A DNA stretch of 64,000 nucleotides from Raillietiella orientalis (taxonomy: Eukaryota): the NCBI GenBank assembly GCA_036172245.1, contig JAYWIR010000006.1:4650001-4714000 (forward strand), written 5' to 3'. Position 1 is the stretch's first letter, and each line of letters begins with the position of its first letter. This document shows, piece by piece, positions 61,801 to 64,000 of this stretch. A program made the translations under genes and the position numbers. The notes beneath the pieces are model-generated. The model did no database searches. It saw only the letters and a list, made by a program, of their open reading frames with translations, and had not been told where the DNA came from.

Positions 61801-62245
61801 TAGCGCCGCCCTTTGGTCCTCAGCCTCGCTAGCAGCCCTCTGCTGCCTACGCGGGATTGTAGCGGACTGAAGCGACGTAAGAGGAGGGCACAGCGACAGG
61901 GATGCCACATTAAGATGGCCCCATCTGAAGAGCAGGATGCAACAAGAGCTTGCTGGCATCCTCGACAGGATGTAGAGGGACCGCCCCCAGCAGAACGTGA
62001 TCCCTTCCCTCATCCATCCCCAAGTTTATTTATTTTCATTTTTTTTGTTCCTTTTTTTTGTTGTTGTTTGCCCCCCCCCGCCTCCCCTTCCTCTTCTGCC
62101 GCGACTGAGCTCACCGGTCTGCGTAACGGTACCCCGACAGGCTCCCGTTAAATTGCACATGGTTGGACCACCAGTTCAATCACAGAGATGATGACTGTTT
62201 CTTTTTTTATATATATATGGAATAAACTCCCCGGTGCACCCGGGT
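58880..62245 (+). mobile_element. Longest Tx1-like copy (decayed RT through 3' end), interrupted by a SINE
   Basis: RT remnants LASRL...QQVGFFVPTRS and REKS...LGIPMVRCFEHLG...GRFPLPERVVISN, then the zinc-finger region at about 61630-61750, the UTR and terminal AATAAACTCCCCGGTGCACCCGGGT. Sequence on either side of 60429-61421 is contiguous by comparison with 15730-15900. Confidence 0.8.
60429..61421 (+). mobile_element. Full-length (~1 kb) tRNA-derived SINE with terminal hairpin, poly(A) and 11-bp TSD
   Basis: AAGAGGACTGT at 60418-60428 and 61422-61432; A/B-box-like head; A-run immediately before the second TSD; no protein homology seen. Confidence 0.88.
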
Positions 62246-62384
62246 AACCATCCGCAGTCCGACATCAGGCACGGGACCCACACCTGGCGCGGTTTGGGAG
62301 TGCCAGCGATAAGCGACGAGGTGCAGCGCAGATTGTCCCAATGCAGAAACAGCAGCGCTTCGTGCGGAAACACCGAGGTGTTCC

Positions 62385-62570
62385 AACACCAGGGACTTCA
62401 ACACTATTCCCGCCACGCGTGTTGACTCTTCGAGTTAGGGGTTTCCTGGGAAGGGACCACTCTATGAATCCAGGGAGGCTCCGGAGGAAGGAGTCCATTC
62501 CTCTCTTGGGAAGTAACCCCGAAGGCAACATTCCACCCTGGTTGTCTCCGGAGGGACCCCTTGGAAGGAG
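62385..62570 (-). mobile_element. Long-SINE 3' fragment
   Basis: Reverse complement GGAGACAACCAGGGTGG...CTTCCCAAGAGAGGAATGGACTCC...CTGGATTCATAG matches 61053-61200. Confidence 0.7.
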
Positions 62571-62574
62571 CCAA

Positions 62575-63450
62575 GACGATGGGGCGGACGTCTCTGCCTC
62601 ATCTCTTATCGCGCTTGGCTCCTGACTCCTCGCCCACGTGCGAACGGTTCCCTGCAACCAGGCGCTCCCGCTCGCGGGGGGGAGGGGGACAGGAGATCCA
62701 GAGGATATTCTTCCTGGCCAGGTGGCCACCTGCCGAAGGCGCGGTTCGCCATGGATGAGGCTGCGAGGACGGCGCTCAAGGAGAGACACGATTCCCACGC
62801 TGCCAATGACTTGCTGGGCGAGAAGGCGCGCAGGTTGGTGCTCGGTGGTGCTCCACATCTTTGCCACGAGGACAAACGTCCGCAACTGGGGCTGCAGCTC
62901 CAGTCGCTCCCGTGTCGAGACAGGCCTAGACCGCCGTCCCGGCGAGGAGTGAACAAGACTCGGGCCTCCCTTTGCCCCCAAGAGCGATCCGGAGGAGGTC
63001 CTCCGTCCGCTTTCTGATGCTGCATGGCGAAGGAGCAAACAAAAAGCAGGGGTCAGAGGAGGAAGGCCACGAATGAGTTTTGCAGGACAGCTCGTCCCGG
63101 AAGGAGGAATCTGCCATTCAGAAACGGGCTGAGCGTCGATTCTGCCTTTTGGAGGAAACAGGACCAGCCTGTTGTTGCGCAGAAGTTTCTCAATGAGATT
63201 CCCAGGTACTTCAAGCACCTGATCGTGGGGATCCCCAAACAAATCCAGTCCGGTTGCCCTGCCCGTGCCTCACCAACGGGAAGCACAGTCGCCGACTTAG
63301 TCCTGTTTCTATGCACAGCAGCTTCTCGGTGGATCAGATAGAGGGATTCCTCGAGCGATGCTGTCGGGGCTGACATGGTTGACAGGACCACCTTCAGGGA
63401 GGCGCAGCAATCTGTACGTGGGCATCTGATGGCCAAGCCAGGAGCTCCTG
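62575..63450 (-). mobile_element. Tx1-like ORF2 fragment (RT C-terminus and thumb)
   Basis: NRTKSATVLPVG...LGIPTIRCLKYLGISL...W..FLQKAE...GRFLLPGRAVLQNSF...RRDGGLGL; reverse complement aligns with 59550-60250. Confidence 0.78.
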
Positions 63451-64000
63451 TTCTTTCAAACTGCCGTCCTATTCGTCTAACAGGGAAGCCCCGAGAGCCC
63501 TGGAAAATCGGCTTCCCGGGAACAGCGTGCATTCCTGTGTGAGACGCCGTCGAGATTTTCTTGACTCTCTCTGGCCGCCGGATGCGCAATCCCTCGTGGC
63601 TCTCCGGTTTGACCACTTCCTTTGCACCACCGAATGCAAAGCATCATTGTTTGGTTCCCTTTGCCTCGCGGTGCGCGCTCAGAGCGATGCGCAGGCAGAG
63701 AGAGGTCTCTGAGAGAACTGGAGGCCGAAGCTTCAGAGGAGGAAATTTCCATCAGTCGAGAAAGCTGCCATCTCCAGACAGACCGAGTCCTCCAAATCGA
63801 CACGCAACTGAATGCGTTTCATCCACCCGCTTCTCGAGAGTTGCGGCATGCAGAGAAAAATTGATAGATGGCTTGAGTTAGCCCTTTGACGCTGGGCAAA
63901 CAGCGTAGTCGTAAACGCTTCCAGCGATCCATCAAGTGAAGGATTACAGGAACAGCAGGAAAGCTGAAGCTGCAACGTCCGGTTCGCTTGCGAGAAACGC

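Overview
Eukaryotic, almost certainly arthropod, DNA (inference from the gene families), so the supplied ORF track is mostly noise. Four spliced genes were reconstructed by hand, all on the minus strand: an ARL2-like small GTPase, a chaoptin/artichoke-like secreted LRR protein, a FASTKD1-like mitochondrial RAP-domain protein and an AKR1-type aldo-keto reductase. Most introns in the three housekeeping genes are only 41-51 nt. Those three genes sit in AT-rich, CpG-depleted islands inside GC/CpG-rich, repeat-dense DNA. The repeats include about 11 fragments of Tx1-like (L1 clade) retrotransposons, a decayed Penelope-like remnant, and about 7 copies of a long (~1 kb) tRNA-headed, hairpin-rich SINE-like family. 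Three SINE copies have readable target-site duplications and three different 3' ends. Several intronless host-gene relics are present (importin-alpha, WTAP, actin-like, MYND finger). The main leads are the long structured SINE, an obligatory GA-AG intron in the otherwise intact AKR gene, a 51-nt U12-type intron in ARL2, and a 203-bp near-perfect inverted repeat. All homology calls come from motif recognition by eye; no database searches were run.
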